A stretch of 63,805 bases of DNA, counting the filler, from Octopus bimaculoides (lineage: Eukaryota), in assembly GCF_001194135.2 (NCBI RefSeq). It is 7 parts of 6 records of this genome, joined end to end, with 100 filler letters (N's around TTAATTAATTAA, not from the genome) between each part and the next. Parts side by side here need not be neighbours in the genome. Positions count along the whole stretch, not along the records: positions 62,660 to 63,805 come from NW_026334542.1; 6 more parts are not named here. One strand, written 5' to 3'. The first letter of the stretch is position 1. Every line of letters begins with the position of its first letter. The position numbers and the translations under genes are program-made. Below the pieces are notes generated by a model that worked only from the letters and a program-made list of their open reading frames with translations, was not told where the DNA came from and ran no database searches. This document shows, one piece after another, positions 63,202-63,805 of the stretch.

Positions 63202-63805
63202 TTGTTACCACAGCTCACAGCCTTGTTACCTCAGCTCACAGCCTTGTTACCACAGCTCGCCGCATTGTTACCACAGCTCGCCACCTTGTTACCACAGCTC
63301 ACCGCCTTGTTACCACAGCTCACAGTCTTGTTACCTCAGCTCACAGTCTTGTTACCACAGCTCACAGCCTTGTTACCTCAGCTCACAGTCTTGTTACCAC
63401 AGCTCACAGCCTTGTTACCTCAGCTCACAGTCTTGTTACCACAGCTCACAGCCTTGTTACCTCAGCTCACAGTCTTGTTACCACAGCTCACAGCCTTGTT
63501 ACCTCAGCTCACAGTCTTGTTACCACAGCTCACAGCCTTGTTACCTCAGCTCACAGTCTTGTTACCACAGCTCACAGCCTTGTTACCTCAGCTCACAGTC
63601 TTGTTACCACAGATCACAGCCTTGTTACCTCAGCTCACCGCCTTGTTATCTCAGCTCACAGTCTTGTTACCTCAGCTCACCGCCTTGTTACCTCACTTCA
63701 CCGCCTTGTTACCACAGCTCACAGTCTTGTTATCTCAGCTCACCGCTTTGTTACTTCAGCTCAGCCTTGTTACCACAGCTCACAGCCTTGTTACCACAGC
63801 TCACA
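63201..63805. repeat. 21-bp minisatellite (~29 units, runs off the window) with 42-bp higher-order alternation
   Basis: Unit cttgttacc(a/t)cagctcacag(c/t). Central units alternate the ccac..gcc and cctc..gtc variants. Confidence 0.97.

Noticed and set aside
63201-63805. CRISPR-like array
   Set aside because: Contiguous 21-bp units with no unique spacers, in a eukaryotic context with no cas genes.

Overview
AT-rich, gap-ridden eukaryotic scaffold window with no prokaryotic features. The SINE families, dense microsatellites and artificial N44-TTAATTAATTAA-N44 joins point to a draft octopus (coleoid cephalopod) assembly; this is inferred, not proven. One host gene is visible: three in-phase + strand coding exons (47158-47214, 48355-48515, 49106-49328, the last cut by a gap) encoding the N-terminal Vitellogenin_N domain of an apolipophorin-like large lipid transfer protein. 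Its signal-peptide exon and downstream exons were not found. The rest is repeats: three tRNA-derived SINE families, LINE remnants (Tx1/L1-like, R4/Dong-like, CR1-like), mariner and hAT transposase relics, MITEs and satellites. The most interesting signals are (i) several minimal hammerhead-ribozyme-like motifs in Penelope/retrozyme-like repeats, one at the junction of a 292-nt direct repeat, (ii) a SINE subfamily sharing its 3' tail with a Tx1/L1-like LINE found in (GATA)n tracts, (iii) a minisatellite born from a SINE head, (iv) a 78-bp-arm palindrome and (v) a fold-back element with opposed telomere-like repeats. Almost all ORFs in the supplied track are microsatellite or N-gap artefacts.
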